From: Escherichia phage JK1 | Reading direction: 5' to 3' (one strand) | Length of the DNA stretch: 64,000 nt | Sequence record: MZ436830.1 | Shown: positions 41,915-53,876 of the stretch, piece by piece | Numbering within the stretch: the first letter of the stretch is position 1 | Layout: each line of letters begins with the position of its first letter | Notes under the pieces: model-generated | Database searches by the model: none | The model's input: the letters and a program-made list of their open reading frames with translations, nothing else | Told to the model about the DNA's origin: nothing | Program-made: the position numbers and the translations under genes

Positions 41915-42568
41915 TTAATACTTACAAGATTTCACAGTTTCAATGAAAACATTTTTAGCTTTCTGTGAATCAATATTTAAAATTTTTCTATAAGCCTTTA
42001 ACTTTATAGAATAATTATTCCAGACTAAATTATCAGTCTGTTCATCATGTTTATCGATTATATTTAAAAACGAATCAAGCAAGATAAACGTCTCAAACGA
42101 AATTATATTCGATTGCAGAAGTTTAAAAATATAACTTGACTGAACTTTTGGATTATACTCAAAGATTTCTTTAAAAGCAGAAACTTCAACTTTTTTACTA
42201 AAATAATAAATGTTGCGAATATCTTCTTCAAACTTAAATTTAATTTGCTTTAAGCGTCCGATATATTCACGATAAAACACAAGTGCATCAGCGTCAGAGA
42301 TGTCGCCAATCCAAGCATCTTGGTTAGCAACCAAATTACTTATAAAGATTAAAGCAAGTTCCTTTAATTTATATTTTTCTGATAACTTCTGGAAAAAATA
42401 CTTATCCCTTCGCTTTTGATAAGCGGCATCAGACACCCGCATGCACCAATTATACTTAATAACATCATACTTTCCATTCATATGCTGTTTTATCATTAAG
42501 TATAATTTATAAACTGATTTACCATCAATGTATCTTTCACCACCAGCAGGCATGCGGAGTTTAATCAT
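41915..42568 (-). CDS. 59: Helicase loader gp59
   Basis: 217 aa; synteny directly upstream of gene 32. Confidence 0.9.
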   Translation of the reverse strand: MIKLRMPAGGERYIDGKSVYKLYLMIKQHMNGKYDVIKYNWCMRVSDAAYQKRRDKYFFQKLSEKYKLKELALIFISNLVANQDAWIGDISDADALVFYREYIGRLKQIKFKFEEDIRNIYYFSKKVEVSAFKEIFEYNPKVQSSYIFKLLQSNIISFETFILLDSFLNIIDKHDEQTDNLVWNNYSIKLKAYRKILNIDSQKAKNVFIETVKSCKY

Positions 42569-42903
42569 AGTAGAAAATCTAATGTATTAGTTTTTTCACA
42601 ACGAACAACAGAAGGACGTAAAAGATTTTCGTCAATAGCTTCCGACTGAATTTTTTCAATTATACCCGAAGGAATAAATTTAGCAAATTGAGTTTCAGGA
42701 ATAGAGTTTTCTTCCAAGAATGCTGTCGTAGCTTCAAGATAACTCATTCCAAACTCTTCTACCATTTTTTCAATAATAAATCCATTTTCTTGACGATCAA
42801 GAAGCTTTGCTATTTCATCCTTTTCTTTCTTGATTGAAAGTTCTTTTTCTGAAAGACCGGTCTCATCGACCGGGCGAATATCATTTAGAGAAAACTGTGT
42901 CAT
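42565..42903 (-). CDS. 33: Late transcription co-activator gp33
   Basis: 112 aa from ATG 42903 (ORF-track start is TTG). Confidence 0.85.
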   Translation of the reverse strand: MTQFSLNDIRPVDETGLSEKELSIKKEKDEIAKLLDRQENGFIIEKMVEEFGMSYLEATTAFLEENSIPETQFAKFIPSGIIEKIQSEAIDENLLRPSVVRCEKTNTLDFLL

Positions 42904-43150
42904 AAAGTTCAACTACCTCTTCAGTTTCAGCTTCAAACACATCACGGTTATCTTTATGATACAAAGCTAATAGACGATTAAACATCTTACCATCAACGCC
43001 AAGTTCATCTTTGGCACGAATTCGAATATCTTTAATCAGTTCATTATAACCGGAAATTTTCAGTTTATGATCAGATGCTTCTTTAATAAATTTAGCCAAG
43101 TCTTCGCCATGGATAGCTTCATCAAATTCAACCATTTCTTTTTTAGCCAT
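42881..43150 (-). CDS. dsbA: Double-stranded DNA-binding protein DsbA
   Basis: 89 aa; synteny between rnh and 33. Confidence 0.8.
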   Translation of the reverse strand: MAKKEMVEFDEAIHGEDLAKFIKEASDHKLKISGYNELIKDIRIRAKDELGVDGKMFNRLLALYHKDNRDVFEAETEEVVELYDTVFSK

Positions 43151-43158
43151 TATTCACC

Positions 43159-44076
43159 TCAAAATTCATTAATGCTATTAGTTAATTTAGAAAGACCCGC
43201 TTTTACAAAATATGAATAAATTTTGCCACGCGGTGGTAATTTATATGAATTATAGTAATTCACAATGTTTGAAGCAATATTATCAGGAATATAATCAAAA
43301 TCAATTAGAACTAAATTTTCTTTATAACGATTATATTCAGATTCTGTGAGAAGCACCTTAGCTTGCTCACGGTCATTAGCAATAGCTTCAACGATTGAAG
43401 TTTTCATTGAAGGAGTTCGTTCACCTTCAACTCTGGTAAACCAAAAGTCAGATCGTACTTTAACTGAAGCAACGTTATCCTTTTTGTCGCCTTTAAGGAT
43501 TTTAGTCATACAGTCAATTTCAGCAGAACCGCTTTTAATTTTAACCCATTTCTTATGCATCGGTGACCATTGCTTAACATTTGGGTATTTGTGAAGCTGT
43601 GTAAAGTCACCATCCGATGAAATGATTAAAATCTTGTGTCCTTCTAAAGAGAACTTTTTAACAAGAACAGCAATGTGGTCATCTGCTTCATACTTATCAA
43701 TATCCATAACAATGTATGGCATATAAGCTTTCAATTCATCTATAACTTTATGACTGGATTCAAAATAACCTTCCCAGTCCCAAGTCGATTCTTCTCGTGC
43801 TTTTCCACGGTTTTTCTTATAATAATAAGCGAAATCACGACGCCAGTATCCAGATTTCGCGTTATCAATACACAGTACAATTTTAGTGTATCCAAGCGTT
43901 TTTGCTTTTTTGACATTAAACTTAATTGAGTTCAATATCAAATGACGAACCATTGATAAATTAATTTTTTCTTTATCTGGGAAGTTTACCAGAGCAGTTG
44001 AAAGCGCAATTTGACTAAAGTCAATAAAGCAAATTCCTTCTTTGTAATCTTCATCCAGCATCATTTCTAAATCCAT
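43159..44076 (-). CDS. rnh: RNase H / 5'-3' flap exonuclease
   Basis: 305 aa from ATG 44076; FEN-family acidic clusters. Confidence 0.9.
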   Translation of the reverse strand: MDLEMMLDEDYKEGICFIDFSQIALSTALVNFPDKEKINLSMVRHLILNSIKFNVKKAKTLGYTKIVLCIDNAKSGYWRRDFAYYYKKNRGKAREESTWDWEGYFESSHKVIDELKAYMPYIVMDIDKYEADDHIAVLVKKFSLEGHKILIISSDGDFTQLHKYPNVKQWSPMHKKWVKIKSGSAEIDCMTKILKGDKKDNVASVKVRSDFWFTRVEGERTPSMKTSIVEAIANDREQAKVLLTESEYNRYKENLVLIDFDYIPDNIASNIVNYYNSYKLPPRGKIYSYFVKAGLSKLTNSINEF

Positions 44077-44138
44077 ATGAACCTCGTTCAATTAGTGAGA
44101 TTTCTATTATATACCATCCGAATCTTAAAGTAAACAAG

Positions 44139-44146
44139 TATAAATA
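44139..44146 (+). promoter_or_regulatory. Late promoter for gene 34
   Basis: TATAAATA ~35 nt upstream of ATG 44181. Confidence 0.7.
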
Positions 44147-44180
44147 CTTATTATTGAAAACACAATAGGAGCCCGGGAGA

Positions 44181-47100
44181 ATGGCCGAGATTAAAAGAAA
44201 GTTCAGAGCAGAAGATGGTCTGGACGCAGGTGGTGATAAAATAATCAACGTAGCTTTAGCTGATCGTACCGTAGGAACTGACGGTGTTAACGTTGATTAC
44301 TTAATTCAAGAAAACACAGTTCAACAATACGATCCAACTCGTGGATATTTAAAAGATTTTGTAATCATTTATGATAACCGCTTTTGGGCTGCTATAAATG
44401 ATATTCCAAAACCGGCAGGAGCTTTTAATAGCGGACGCTGGAGAGCATTACGTACCGATGCTAACTGGATTACAGTCTCATCTGGTTCATATCAATTAAA
44501 ATCCGGTGAAGCTATTTCGGTTAACACTGCAGCTGGTAATGATATTACATTTACTTTACCATCTACCCCAATTGACGGTGATACTATCGTTCTCCAAGAT
44601 ATTGGAGGAAAACCTGGAGTTAACCAAGTTTTAATTGTAGCTCCAGTGCAAAGTATTGTAAACTTTAGAGGTGAACAGGTACGTTCAGTACTAATGACTC
44701 ATCCAAAGTCACAGCTAGTTTTAATTTTTAGTAATCGTCTGTGGCAAATGTATGTAGCTGATTATAGTAGAGAAGCTGTAGTTGTAACACCAGCGAATAC
44801 TTATCAAGCGCAATCTAATGATTTTATCGTGCGTAGATTTACTTCTGCTGCACCAATTAATGTTAAACTTCCAAGATTTGCTAATCATGGCGATATTATT
44901 AATTTCGTCGATTTAGATAAACTGAATCCACTTTATCATACAATTGTTACTACATACGATGAAACGACTTCAGTACAAGAAGTTGGAACTCATTCCATTG
45001 AAGGCCGTACATCGATTGACGGTTTCTTGATGTTTGATGATAATGAGAAATTGTGGAGATTGTTTGACGGGGATAGTAAAGCACGTTTACGCATTATAAC
45101 GACTAATTCTAATATTCGTCCAAACGAAGAAGTTATGGTATTTGGTGCGAATAACGGAACAACTCAGACAATTGAACTTCAGCTTCCTACTGATATTTCT
45201 GTTGGTGATACTGTTAAAATTTCCATGAATTACATGAGAAAAGGACAAACAGTTAAAATCAAAGCTGCAGGTGAAGATAAAATTGCTTCTTCAGTTCAAT
45301 TGCTGCAATTCCCAAAACGCTCAGAATATCCACCTGAAGCTGAATGGGTTACAGTTCAAGAATTAGTTTTTAACGGTGAAACTAATTATGTTCCAGTTTT
45401 ACAACTTGCTTATATAGAAGATTCTGATGGAAAATACTGGGTTGTACAGCAAAACGTTCCAACTGTAGAAAGAGTTGATTCTTTAAATGATTCTACTAGA
45501 GCAAGATTAGGCGTAATTGCTTTAGCTACACAAGCTCAAGCTAATGTCGATTTAGAAAATTCTCCACAAAAAGAATTAGCAATTACTCCAGAAACATTAG
45601 CTAATCGTACTGCTACTGAAACTCGTAGAGGTATCGCAAGAATAGCAACTACTGCTCAAGTGAATCAGAACACCACATTCTCTTTTGCTGATGATATTAT
45701 CATCACTCCTAAAAAGCTGAATGAAAGAACTGCTACAGAAACTCGCAGAGGTGTCGCAGAAATTGCTACGCAGCAGGAAACTAATACAGGTACTGATGAT
45801 ACTACAATCATCACTCCTAAAAAGCTTCAAGCTCGTCAAGGTTCTGAATCATTATCTGGTATTGTAACTTTTGTATCTACTGCAGGTGCTACTCCAGCTT
45901 CTAGCCGTGAATTAAATGGTACGAATGTTTATAATAAAAACACTAATAATTTAGTTGTTTCACCTAAAGCTTTGGATCAGTATAAAGCTACTCCAACACA
46001 GCAAGGTGCAGTAATTTTAGCAGTTGAAAGTGAAGTAATTGCTGGACAAAGTCAGGAAGGATGGGCAAATGCTGTTGTAACGCCAGAAACGTTACATAAA
46101 AAGACATCAACTGATGGAAGAATTGGTTTAATTGAAATTGCTACGCAAAGTGAAGTTAATACAGGAACTGATTATACTCGTGCAGTCACTCCTAAAACTT
46201 TAAATGACCGTAGAGCAACTGAAAGTTTAAGTGGTATAGCTGAAATTGCTACACAGGTTGAATTCGACGCAGGCGTCGACGATACTCGTATCTCTACACC
46301 ATTAAAAATTAAAACCAGATTTAATAGTACTGATCGTACTTCTGTTGTTGCTCTATCTGGATTAGTTGAATCAGGAACTCTCTGGGACCATTATACCCTT
46401 AATATTCTTGAAGCAAATGAGACACAGCGTGGTACACTTCGTGTAGCTACACAGGTCGAAGCTGCTGCAGGAACATTAGATAATGTTTTAATAACTCCTA
46501 AAAAGCTTTTAGGTACTAAATCTACCGAATCGCAAGAAGGTGTTATTAAAGTTGCAACTCAGTCTGAAACTGTAGCTGGAACGTCAGCAAATACTGCTGT
46601 ATCTCCAAAAAATTTAAAATGGATTGCGCAGAGTGAACCAACCTGGGCAGCTACTACTGCGATAAGAGGTTTTGTTAAAACTTCATCCGGTTCAATTACA
46701 TTCGTTGGTAATGATACAGTCGGTTCTACCCAAGATTTAGAACTGTATGAGAAAAATAGCTATGCAGTATCACCATATGAATTAAACCGTGTATTAGCAA
46801 ATTATTTACCGTTAAAAGCAAAAGCTGCTGATACAAATTTATTGGATGGTCTAGATTCATCTCAGTTCATTCGTAGGGATATTGCACAGACGGTTAATGG
46901 TTCACTAACCTTAACCCAACAAACGAATCTGAGTGCCCCTCTTGTATCATCTAGTACTGCTACGTTTGGTGGTTCAGTTTCGGCAAATAGTACATTAACT
47001 ATTTCTAATACTGGAACTGCAACTCGTCTGATTTTTGAGAAAGGACCTCAAACTGGAACTAACCCAGCACAGACGATGACTATTAGAGTTTGGGGAAATC

Positions 47101-48050
47101 AGTTTGGCGGCGGTTCAGATACAACACGTTCTACTGTATTTGAAGTTGGTGATGAAACGTCTAATCACTTTTATTCTCAACGTAATAAAGCTGGGAATAT
47201 AACGTTTAGTATCAATGGTACTGTAATGCCAATAAACATTAATGCTTCGGGTTCTTTAAATGCGAATGGCGTTGCAACATTTGGTAGTTCAGTTACAGCC
47301 AATGGTGAATTCATCAGCAAGTCTGCAAATGCTTTTAGAGCAATAAACGGTGATTATGGGTTCTTTATTCGCAATGATGCTGCTAATACCTATTTTATGC
47401 TCACTGCATCCGGTGATCAGACTGGCGGATTTAATGGATTACGTCCTTTGTCTATTAATAATGCATCTGGCCAAGTAACGATTGGTGAAAGCTTAATAAT
47501 TGCCAAAGGTGCTACTATAAATTCAGGTGGTTTGACTGTTAACTCAAGAATTCGTTCTCAGGGTACTAAAACATCTGACTTATATACCCGTGCGCCAACA
47601 TCTGATACTGTAGGATTCTGGTCAATTGATATTAATGATTCAGCTACTTATAACCAGTTCCCGGGTTATTTTAAAATGGTTGAAAAAACTAATGAAGTGA
47701 CTGGACTTCCGTACTTAGAACGTGGCGAAGAAGTTAAATCTCCTGGTACACTGACACAGTTTGGTAACACACTTGATTCGCTTTACCAAGATTGGATTAC
47801 TTATCCAACGACACCAGAAGCGCGTACCACTCGCTGGACACGTACATGGCAGAAAACCAAAAACTCTTGGTCAAGTTTTGTTCAGGTATTTGACGGAGGT
47901 AACCCTCCTCAACCATCTGATATCGGTGCTTTACCATCTGATAATGCTACAATGGGGAATCTTACTATTCGTGATTTCTTACGAATTGGTAATGTTCGCA
48001 TTATTCCTGACCCAGTGAATAAAACTGTTAAATTTGAATGGGTTGAATAA
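44181..48050 (+). CDS. 34: Long tail fiber proximal subunit gp34
   Basis: 1289 aa; internal ~40-aa repeats; late promoter upstream. Confidence 0.9.
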   Translation: MAEIKRKFRAEDGLDAGGDKIINVALADRTVGTDGVNVDYLIQENTVQQYDPTRGYLKDFVIIYDNRFWAAINDIPKPAGAFNSGRWRALRTDANWITVSSGSYQLKSGEAISVNTAAGNDITFTLPSTPIDGDTIVLQDIGGKPGVNQVLIVAPVQSIVNFRGEQVRSVLMTHPKSQLVLIFSNRLWQMYVADYSREAVVVTPANTYQAQSNDFIVRRFTSAAPINVKLPRFANHGDIINFVDLDKLNPLYHTIVTTYDETTSVQEVGTHSIEGRTSIDGFLMFDDNEKLWRLFDGDSKARLRIITTNSNIRPNEEVMVFGANNGTTQTIELQLPTDISVGDTVKISMNYMRKGQTVKIKAAGEDKIASSVQLLQFPKRSEYPPEAEWVTVQELVFNGETNYVPVLQLAYIEDSDGKYWVVQQNVPTVERVDSLNDSTRARLGVIALATQAQANVDLENSPQKELAITPETLANRTATETRRGIARIATTAQVNQNTTFSFADDIIITPKKLNERTATETRRGVAEIATQQETNTGTDDTTIITPKKLQARQGSESLSGIVTFVSTAGATPASSRELNGTNVYNKNTNNLVVSPKALDQYKATPTQQGAVILAVESEVIAGQSQEGWANAVVTPETLHKKTSTDGRIGLIEIATQSEVNTGTDYTRAVTPKTLNDRRATESLSGIAEIATQVEFDAGVDDTRISTPLKIKTRFNSTDRTSVVALSGLVESGTLWDHYTLNILEANETQRGTLRVATQVEAAAGTLDNVLITPKKLLGTKSTESQEGVIKVATQSETVAGTSANTAVSPKNLKWIAQSEPTWAATTAIRGFVKTSSGSITFVGNDTVGSTQDLELYEKNSYAVSPYELNRVLANYLPLKAKAADTNLLDGLDSSQFIRRDIAQTVNGSLTLTQQTNLSAPLVSSSTATFGGSVSANSTLTISNTGTATRLIFEKGPQTGTNPAQTMTIRVWGNQFGGGSDTTRSTVFEVGDETSNHFYSQRNKAGNITFSINGTVMPININASGSLNANGVATFGSSVTANGEFISKSANAFRAINGDYGFFIRNDAANTYFMLTASGDQTGGFNGLRPLSINNASGQVTIGESLIIAKGATINSGGLTVNSRIRSQGTKTSDLYTRAPTSDTVGFWSIDINDSATYNQFPGYFKMVEKTNEVTGLPYLERGEEVKSPGTLTQFGNTLDSLYQDWITYPTTPEARTTRWTRTWQKTKNSWSSFVQVFDGGNPPQPSDIGALPSDNATMGNLTIRDFLRIGNVRIIPDPVNKTVKFEWVE
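45580..46640 (+). repeat. Internal ~40-codon sequence repeats within gene 34
   Basis: At least seven copies of pattern (I/V)TPxxL...T(E/D)...G(I/V)...IAT(Q/T)xE. Confidence 0.6.
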
Positions 48051-48058
48051 GAGGTATT

Positions 48059-49174
48059 ATGGAAAAATTTATGGCAGAGTTTGGACAAGGATATGTCCAA
48101 ACACCATTTTTATCGGAAAGCAATTCAGTAAGATATAAAATAAGCATAGCGGGTTCTTGCCCGCTTTCTACAGCAGGACCATACGTTAAATTTCAGGATA
48201 ATCCTGTAGGAAGTCAAACATTTAGCGCAGGCCTTCATTTAAGAGTTTTTGACCCTTCCACCGGAGCATTAGTTGATAGTAAATCATATGCTTTTTCGAC
48301 TTCAAATGATACTACATCAGCTGCCTTTGTTAGTTTCATGAATTCTTTGACGAATAATCGAATTGTTGCTATATTAACTAACGGAAAGGTTAATTTTCCT
48401 CCTGAAGTAGTATCTTGGTTAAGAACCGCCGGAACGTCTGCTTTTCCATCTGACTCTATATTGTCAAGATTCGACGTATCATATGCTGCTTTTTATACTT
48501 CTTCTAAAAGAGCTATTGCATTAGAGCATGTTAAACTGAGTAATAGAAAAAGCACAGATGATTATCAAACTATTTTAGATGTTGTATTTGACAGTTTAGA
48601 AGACGTCGGAGCTACCGGGTTTCCAAGAAGAACGTATGAAAGTGTTGAGCAATTTATGTCGGCAGTCGGTGGAACTAATAACGAAATTGCGAGATTGCCA
48701 ACTTCAGCTGCTATAAGTAAATTATCTGATTATAATTTAATTCCTGGTGATGTTCTTTATCTTAAAGCACAGCTATATGCTGATGCTGATTTACTTGCAC
48801 TTGGAACTACAAATATATCTATCCGTTTTTATAATGCATCTAATGGATATATTTCCTCGACACAAGCTGAGTTTACTGGGCAAGCTGGGTCATGGGAATT
48901 AAAGGAAGATTATGTAGTTGTTCCAGAAAACGCAGTAGGATTTACGATATATGCACAAAGAACTGCGCAAGCTGGCCAAGGTGGCATGAGAAATTTAAGC
49001 TTTTCTGAAGTATCAAGAAACGGCGGTATTTCAAAACCTGCTGAATTTGGCGTCAATGGTATTCGTGTTAATTATATCTGTGAATCTGCTTCACCTCCGG
49101 ATATAATGGTACTTCCTACGCAAGCATCGTCTAAAGCTGGTAAAGTGTTTGGACAAGAATTTAGAGAAGTTTAA
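48059..49174 (+). CDS. 35: Long tail fiber hinge protein gp35
   Basis: 371 aa; synteny; hairpin terminator after stop. Confidence 0.85.
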   Translation: MEKFMAEFGQGYVQTPFLSESNSVRYKISIAGSCPLSTAGPYVKFQDNPVGSQTFSAGLHLRVFDPSTGALVDSKSYAFSTSNDTTSAAFVSFMNSLTNNRIVAILTNGKVNFPPEVVSWLRTAGTSAFPSDSILSRFDVSYAAFYTSSKRAIALEHVKLSNRKSTDDYQTILDVVFDSLEDVGATGFPRRTYESVEQFMSAVGGTNNEIARLPTSAAISKLSDYNLIPGDVLYLKAQLYADADLLALGTTNISIRFYNASNGYISSTQAEFTGQAGSWELKEDYVVVPENAVGFTIYAQRTAQAGQGGMRNLSFSEVSRNGGISKPAEFGVNGIRVNYICESASPPDIMVLPTQASSKAGKVFGQEFREV

Positions 49175-49179
49175 ATTGA

Positions 49180-49205
49180 GGGAGCCTTCGGGTTCCCTTT
49201 TTCTT
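49180..49205 (+). terminator. Intrinsic terminator after gene 35
   Basis: GGGAGCCUUCGGGUUCCC hairpin then UUUUUCUUU. Confidence 0.7.
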
Positions 49206-49213
49206 TATAAATA
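49206..49213 (+). promoter_or_regulatory. Late promoter for genes 36-37-38
   Basis: TATAAATA ~24 nt upstream of ATG 49237. Confidence 0.7.
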
Positions 49214-49236
49214 CTATTAAAATAAAGGGGCATACA

Positions 49237-49899
49237 ATGGCTGATTTAAAAGTAGGTTCAACAACTGGAGGCTCTGTCATTTGGCATCAAGGAAATTTTC
49301 CATTGAATCCAGCCGGTGACGATGTACTCTATAAATCATTTAAAATATATTCAGAATATAATAAACCGCAAGCTGCTGATAACGATTTCGTTTCTAAAGC
49401 TAATGGTGGTACTTACGCCGCGACTGTTCGATTTAATGGAGGCGTACATGTTCCTACTATAGGTAGTAGTCAACAGTGTGGTGTTTATCCAGGTAACGGT
49501 GATGCAGCTACTTTTGCTATGGCAAATATTGACATCGTTTCGTGGAATGGTATTGGTTTTAAATCATCACAAGGTTCAGCAGACCGAACTGTAGTAATTA
49601 ATACACGCAATGGTGATATTAGTACAAAAGGCGTTGTGACAGCAGTAGGTCAAATAAGAAGTAATGCAGTTTCTCCTGTATCAGCAAATGACCTTACTAG
49701 AAAGGACTATGTTGATGGAGCAATAAATACTGTTACGGCAAATGCGAACTCTAGAGTGTTGCGTTCTGGCGACACTATGACAGGTAATTTAACCGCACCA
49801 AACTTTTTCTCGCAGAATCCCGCATCTCAACCTTCACATGTTCCACGATTTGACCAAATCGTAATTAAGGATTCTGTTCAAGATTTCGGCTATTATTAA
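49237..49899 (+). CDS. 36: Long tail fiber proximal connector gp36
   Basis: 220 aa; late promoter at 49206-49213. Confidence 0.85.
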   Translation: MADLKVGSTTGGSVIWHQGNFPLNPAGDDVLYKSFKIYSEYNKPQAADNDFVSKANGGTYAATVRFNGGVHVPTIGSSQQCGVYPGNGDAATFAMANIDIVSWNGIGFKSSQGSADRTVVINTRNGDISTKGVVTAVGQIRSNAVSPVSANDLTRKDYVDGAINTVTANANSRVLRSGDTMTGNLTAPNFFSQNPASQPSHVPRFDQIVIKDSVQDFGYY

Positions 49900-49907
49900 G
49901 AGGACTT

Positions 49908-52900
49908 ATGGCTACTTTAAAACAAATACAATTTAAAAGAAGCAAAACCGCAGGTGCACGTCCTGCTGCTTCAGTATTAGCCGAAGGTGAATTGGCTATA
50001 AACTTAAAAGATAGAACAATTTTTACTAAAGATGATACAGGAAATATCATTGATCTAGGTATTGCTAAAGGCGGTCAAATTGATGGAAATGTAACTATTG
50101 ATGGAACTTTACGCGTCAATGGACCAATAAACAACTTTGGAAATTTTTCTACAAGTGGTACTATTACGGCAAGTAATATTGTTTCTGCTACAGTATTCAG
50201 ATCAACATCCGGTTCATTTTATACAAGAGCAATAAATGATACTGCAAATGCCCATCTTTGGTTTGAAAATACAAATGGCTCAGAACGTGGCGTTTTATAT
50301 TCAAAACCGCAGTCTGAAAATGAAGGCGTAATTACAATGCGTGTTCGTCAAGGAACCGCTGCGGGAGCTCAAAATTCAGAATTTCATTTCATTTCTACTG
50401 ATGGCGGTATCTTCCAGGCACGCAAATTAACTGCTTTAACTTCTATTAGTACACCAACTATTAGTGTTAATTTAATTAATCATGATTCTAAAGCCTTTGG
50501 ACAATACGATTCACAATCTTTGGTTAACTATGTTTATCCTGGAACCGGTGAAACAAATGGTGTAAACTATCTTCGTAAAGTTCGTGCTAAGTCAGGCGGA
50601 ACTATGTGGCATGAAATCTGTACAGCTCAGACAGGACAAGCTGATGAAATGTCATGGTGGACTGGTAATACTCCTCAGTCTAAACAATACGGTATTCGTA
50701 ATGACGGACGAATGGCTGGACGTAATAGCCTTGCATTAGGTACATTCACTACAAATTTCCCGTCTAGTGATTATGGCAACGTCGGTGTAATGGGCGATAA
50801 ATATCTTGTTCTCGGTGACACTGTAACTGGCTTGTCATACAAAAAAACTGGTGTATTTGATCTAGTTGGCGGTGGATATTCTGTTGCTTCTATTACTCCT
50901 GACAGTTTCCGTAGTACTCGTAAAGGTATATTTGGTCGTTCCGAGGACCAAGGCACCACATGGATTATGCCTGGAACTAATGCCGCTTTCTTGTCTGTTC
51001 AAACGCAAGCTGATAATAACAATGCTGGAGACGGCCAGACGCATATTGGGTACAATGCTGGCGGTAAAATGAGTCATTATTTCCGCGGTAAAGGCAAAAC
51101 TAATATTAATACTCAGGAAGGTGTAGACGTTAACCCGGGTATATTGAAGTTAACCACCGGCGGTGAAAGTATTAGCTTTAATGCCGCAACTGGAAGTATT
51201 AATTCTACATTAGCTTTTCGTCTTAATAAAGGCATAATTATTGATGGACCTGATAATCAGGGATTCCAGTTTAACGCCCCGACGGCTGCAGATGGTACTA
51301 GAAGTATATACTGGAACAGTGGTACTCGCGCAGGTCAAAACAAAAGCCCTGTTACAGTTAAAGTGTGGGGTAATTCATTTAACGCATCGGGCGATCGTGC
51401 TCGTGAAACGGTTTTTGAAGTAGCTGATGGGCAAGGTTACCATTTTTATTCTCAGCGAGTTGCTCCCGGATCAGGTTCTACTGTCGGACCTATTCAATTT
51501 CGAGTTAATGGTGGTTTATTAACTTCTGGTGGTATTACATCATCTGGTTCTATTGTTACTGAATCAAGTTTAGTTGCCAATAATGGCATGTCAGTAAATG
51601 GTCAGGCTAAATTTGGCGGAACAGCAAACGCACTGAGAATTTGGAACGCTGAATACGGTGTTATTTTCCGTCGTTCTGAAAGTAACTTTTACATTATTCC
51701 AACCAATCAAAATGAAGGCGAAAGCGGAGACATTCATAGCTCTTTGAGACCTGTAAGAATAGGATTAAACGATGGCATGGTTGGGTTAGGAAGAGATTCT
51801 TTTATAGTAGATCAAAATAATGCTTTAACTACGATAAACAGTAACTCTCGCATTAATGCCAACTTTAGAATGCAATTAGGGCAGTCGACATATATTGATG
51901 CAGAATGCACTGATGCCGTTAGACCTGCAGGGGCTGGTTCATTTGCCTCGCAAAATAATGAAAACGTCCGTGCTCCGTTCTATATGAATATTAATCGCAC
52001 AGATACAAGTACTTACGTTCCAATTGTTAAACAGAGATACGTACAAAATAATAGTTGCTATTCTATTGGTACTTTAATAAATGGCGGTAACTTCAGAGTT
52101 CATTATCATGAAGGTGGTGATGGCGGTTCTACTGGCGCGATTATAAAGGATTTAGGTTGGGAATTTAATAAAAACGGTGATTTTTACTCTCCTGGTAAAT
52201 TAGGTGCTGGAAATATTCGTATCGGAACAGACGGTAATATTACGGGTGGTTCTGGTAATTTTGCTAACTTGAATACCACATTAAACCGTAAGGTCAATTC
52301 CGGATTTGTAACATACGGTGCAACTGCTGGATGGTATAAATTCGCTACAGTAACGATGCCACAATCTACTTCTACTGTTTCATTTACTATAACTGGTGGT
52401 AAAGGATTTAATACTGGACTGTTTACACAGTGTGCTATAACAGAAATTGTTCTTCGTACTGGTAATGACCGCCCAGCAGGTTTAAACGCCGTGATGTATA
52501 CCAGAACAGCTGCAGGTCTTACTGATATTGCTGTAGTTAATACCTCAGGAAATACATATGATATCTATGTTGAATCGGGTACTTATGCCAACCAATTAGC
52601 TTATACTTGGCATACAGTTGATAATGCTACCGTAGAAGTTATCGGCGCTTTTGGTCCTACTCAAAACCCAGTAGATTCTTTGCCAGTTGATCATGTTAAA
52701 GGCCAAGTAGCTAACATGCTTAACAACCTAGTAGACACTGGTAAAGTAAAACGCTATGTAGCAGAGTCGGAAATTGCTATTAATAACCCAACTGGTATTC
52801 GTATTACGAGTAATTATGATAGATCAGGTTCTAATTCCGTTTTATTTCGAAATGACGGTGGAAGCTTCTATATTTTACTGACCGACAAAAACTCTTCAGA

Positions 52901-53846
52901 CGGCGATAATAAAGCAACTGAAGGTGATTGGAATGGAAAACGACCATTTTCAATTGATATGACTGCTGGTACTGTTCGTCTTGGCGAAAATACTTCTTTT
53001 GGTAAAGATGTTACTATTGATGGAAGCATTAATTCACGAGTTAAAGTTGTCGGACAGTGGAATGTTGGCTTTTCTGATATTTCAGATGTGACTCGTGACC
53101 GTTCTGCATTTTTAGTGAATACGGGTGGCATTTCCAAGACAAGTCAATCTTATTACCCGCTATTTTCTGGATACAGTTTTTTAACTGACGCAGGTTATCG
53201 CCAATCGTTTGAATTTGGATGGTTAGGTGTTTCTGGTACTTGGCGTCAAGGCATTATTCGCATGCGTGGTGACAACCCATCGGGGCAACAGGCTCGTTGG
53301 ACTTTTGATATGGACGGAACATTTTATGCTCCTATACTATCATGCGGATCTGCGAGAGCATTCGGTGTCAATACATCAAATGGTCTCGGTGGAAACAGTA
53401 TAACATTTGGTGATAGCGATACTGGTATTAAGCAAAATGGCGATGGATTATTAGACATATATGCGAACAGCGTACAAGTGTTCCGTTTCCAAAACGGTGA
53501 TTTGTACTCATACAAAAATATAAATGCTCCAAACGTTTATATTCGTTCTGATATTCGTTTAAAATCCAACTTTAAGCCTATCGAAAATGCACTTGATAAA
53601 GTTGAAAAACTTAACGGTGTCATTTACGATAAAGCTGAATACATCGGTGGAGAGGCAATTGAAACTGAAGCGGGTATTGTGGCTCAAACGTTACAAGACG
53701 TTTTACCAGAAGCTGTCCGTGAAACAGAAGACAGCAAGGGTAATAAAATACTCACTGTTTCTTCTCAAGCCCAGATCGCTCTTCTGGTTGAAGCTGTGAA
53801 AACGCTTTCTTCTCGTGTAAAAGAACTTGAATCTAAACTTATGTAA
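49908..53846 (+). CDS. 37: Long tail fiber distal subunit gp37 with C-terminal intramolecular chaperone domain
   Basis: 1312 aa; C-terminal ~107 aa carry the S-D-x-R-x-K style autocleavage/chaperone signature ([10 protein letters not shown]...). Confidence 0.9.
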   Translation: MATLKQIQFKRSKTAGARPAASVLAEGELAINLKDRTIFTKDDTGNIIDLGIAKGGQIDGNVTIDGTLRVNGPINNFGNFSTSGTITASNIVSATVFRSTSGSFYTRAINDTANAHLWFENTNGSERGVLYSKPQSENEGVITMRVRQGTAAGAQNSEFHFISTDGGIFQARKLTALTSISTPTISVNLINHDSKAFGQYDSQSLVNYVYPGTGETNGVNYLRKVRAKSGGTMWHEICTAQTGQADEMSWWTGNTPQSKQYGIRNDGRMAGRNSLALGTFTTNFPSSDYGNVGVMGDKYLVLGDTVTGLSYKKTGVFDLVGGGYSVASITPDSFRSTRKGIFGRSEDQGTTWIMPGTNAAFLSVQTQADNNNAGDGQTHIGYNAGGKMSHYFRGKGKTNINTQEGVDVNPGILKLTTGGESISFNAATGSINSTLAFRLNKGIIIDGPDNQGFQFNAPTAADGTRSIYWNSGTRAGQNKSPVTVKVWGNSFNASGDRARETVFEVADGQGYHFYSQRVAPGSGSTVGPIQFRVNGGLLTSGGITSSGSIVTESSLVANNGMSVNGQAKFGGTANALRIWNAEYGVIFRRSESNFYIIPTNQNEGESGDIHSSLRPVRIGLNDGMVGLGRDSFIVDQNNALTTINSNSRINANFRMQLGQSTYIDAECTDAVRPAGAGSFASQNNENVRAPFYMNINRTDTSTYVPIVKQRYVQNNSCYSIGTLINGGNFRVHYHEGGDGGSTGAIIKDLGWEFNKNGDFYSPGKLGAGNIRIGTDGNITGGSGNFANLNTTLNRKVNSGFVTYGATAGWYKFATVTMPQSTSTVSFTITGGKGFNTGLFTQCAITEIVLRTGNDRPAGLNAVMYTRTAAGLTDIAVVNTSGNTYDIYVESGTYANQLAYTWHTVDNATVEVIGAFGPTQNPVDSLPVDHVKGQVANMLNNLVDTGKVKRYVAESEIAINNPTGIRITSNYDRSGSNSVLFRNDGGSFYILLTDKNSSDGDNKATEGDWNGKRPFSIDMTAGTVRLGENTSFGKDVTIDGSINSRVKVVGQWNVGFSDISDVTRDRSAFLVNTGGISKTSQSYYPLFSGYSFLTDAGYRQSFEFGWLGVSGTWRQGIIRMRGDNPSGQQARWTFDMDGTFYAPILSCGSARAFGVNTSNGLGGNSITFGDSDTGIKQNGDGLLDIYANSVQVFRFQNGDLYSYKNINAPNVYIRSDIRLKSNFKPIENALDKVEKLNGVIYDKAEYIGGEAIETEAGIVAQTLQDVLPEAVRETEDSKGNKILTVSSQAQIALLVEAVKTLSSRVKELESKLM

Positions 53847-53876
53847 AAGAGGGCTTCGGCCCTCTAAGGATTTTTA

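Noticed and set aside
45597-45839. Antisense 80-aa ORF inside gene 34
   Set aside because: Ser/Cys-rich low-complexity product opposite the tail fibre reading frame; chance ORF
50771-51077. Several short ORFs on both strands inside gene 37
   Set aside because: Embedded in a long, well-supported structural gene; no independent signals
53849-53864. Hairpin between genes 37 and 38 as a transcription terminator
   Set aside because: No adequate U-tract, and gene 38 needs read-through from the gene 36 late promoter; more likely an RNA structure than a terminator
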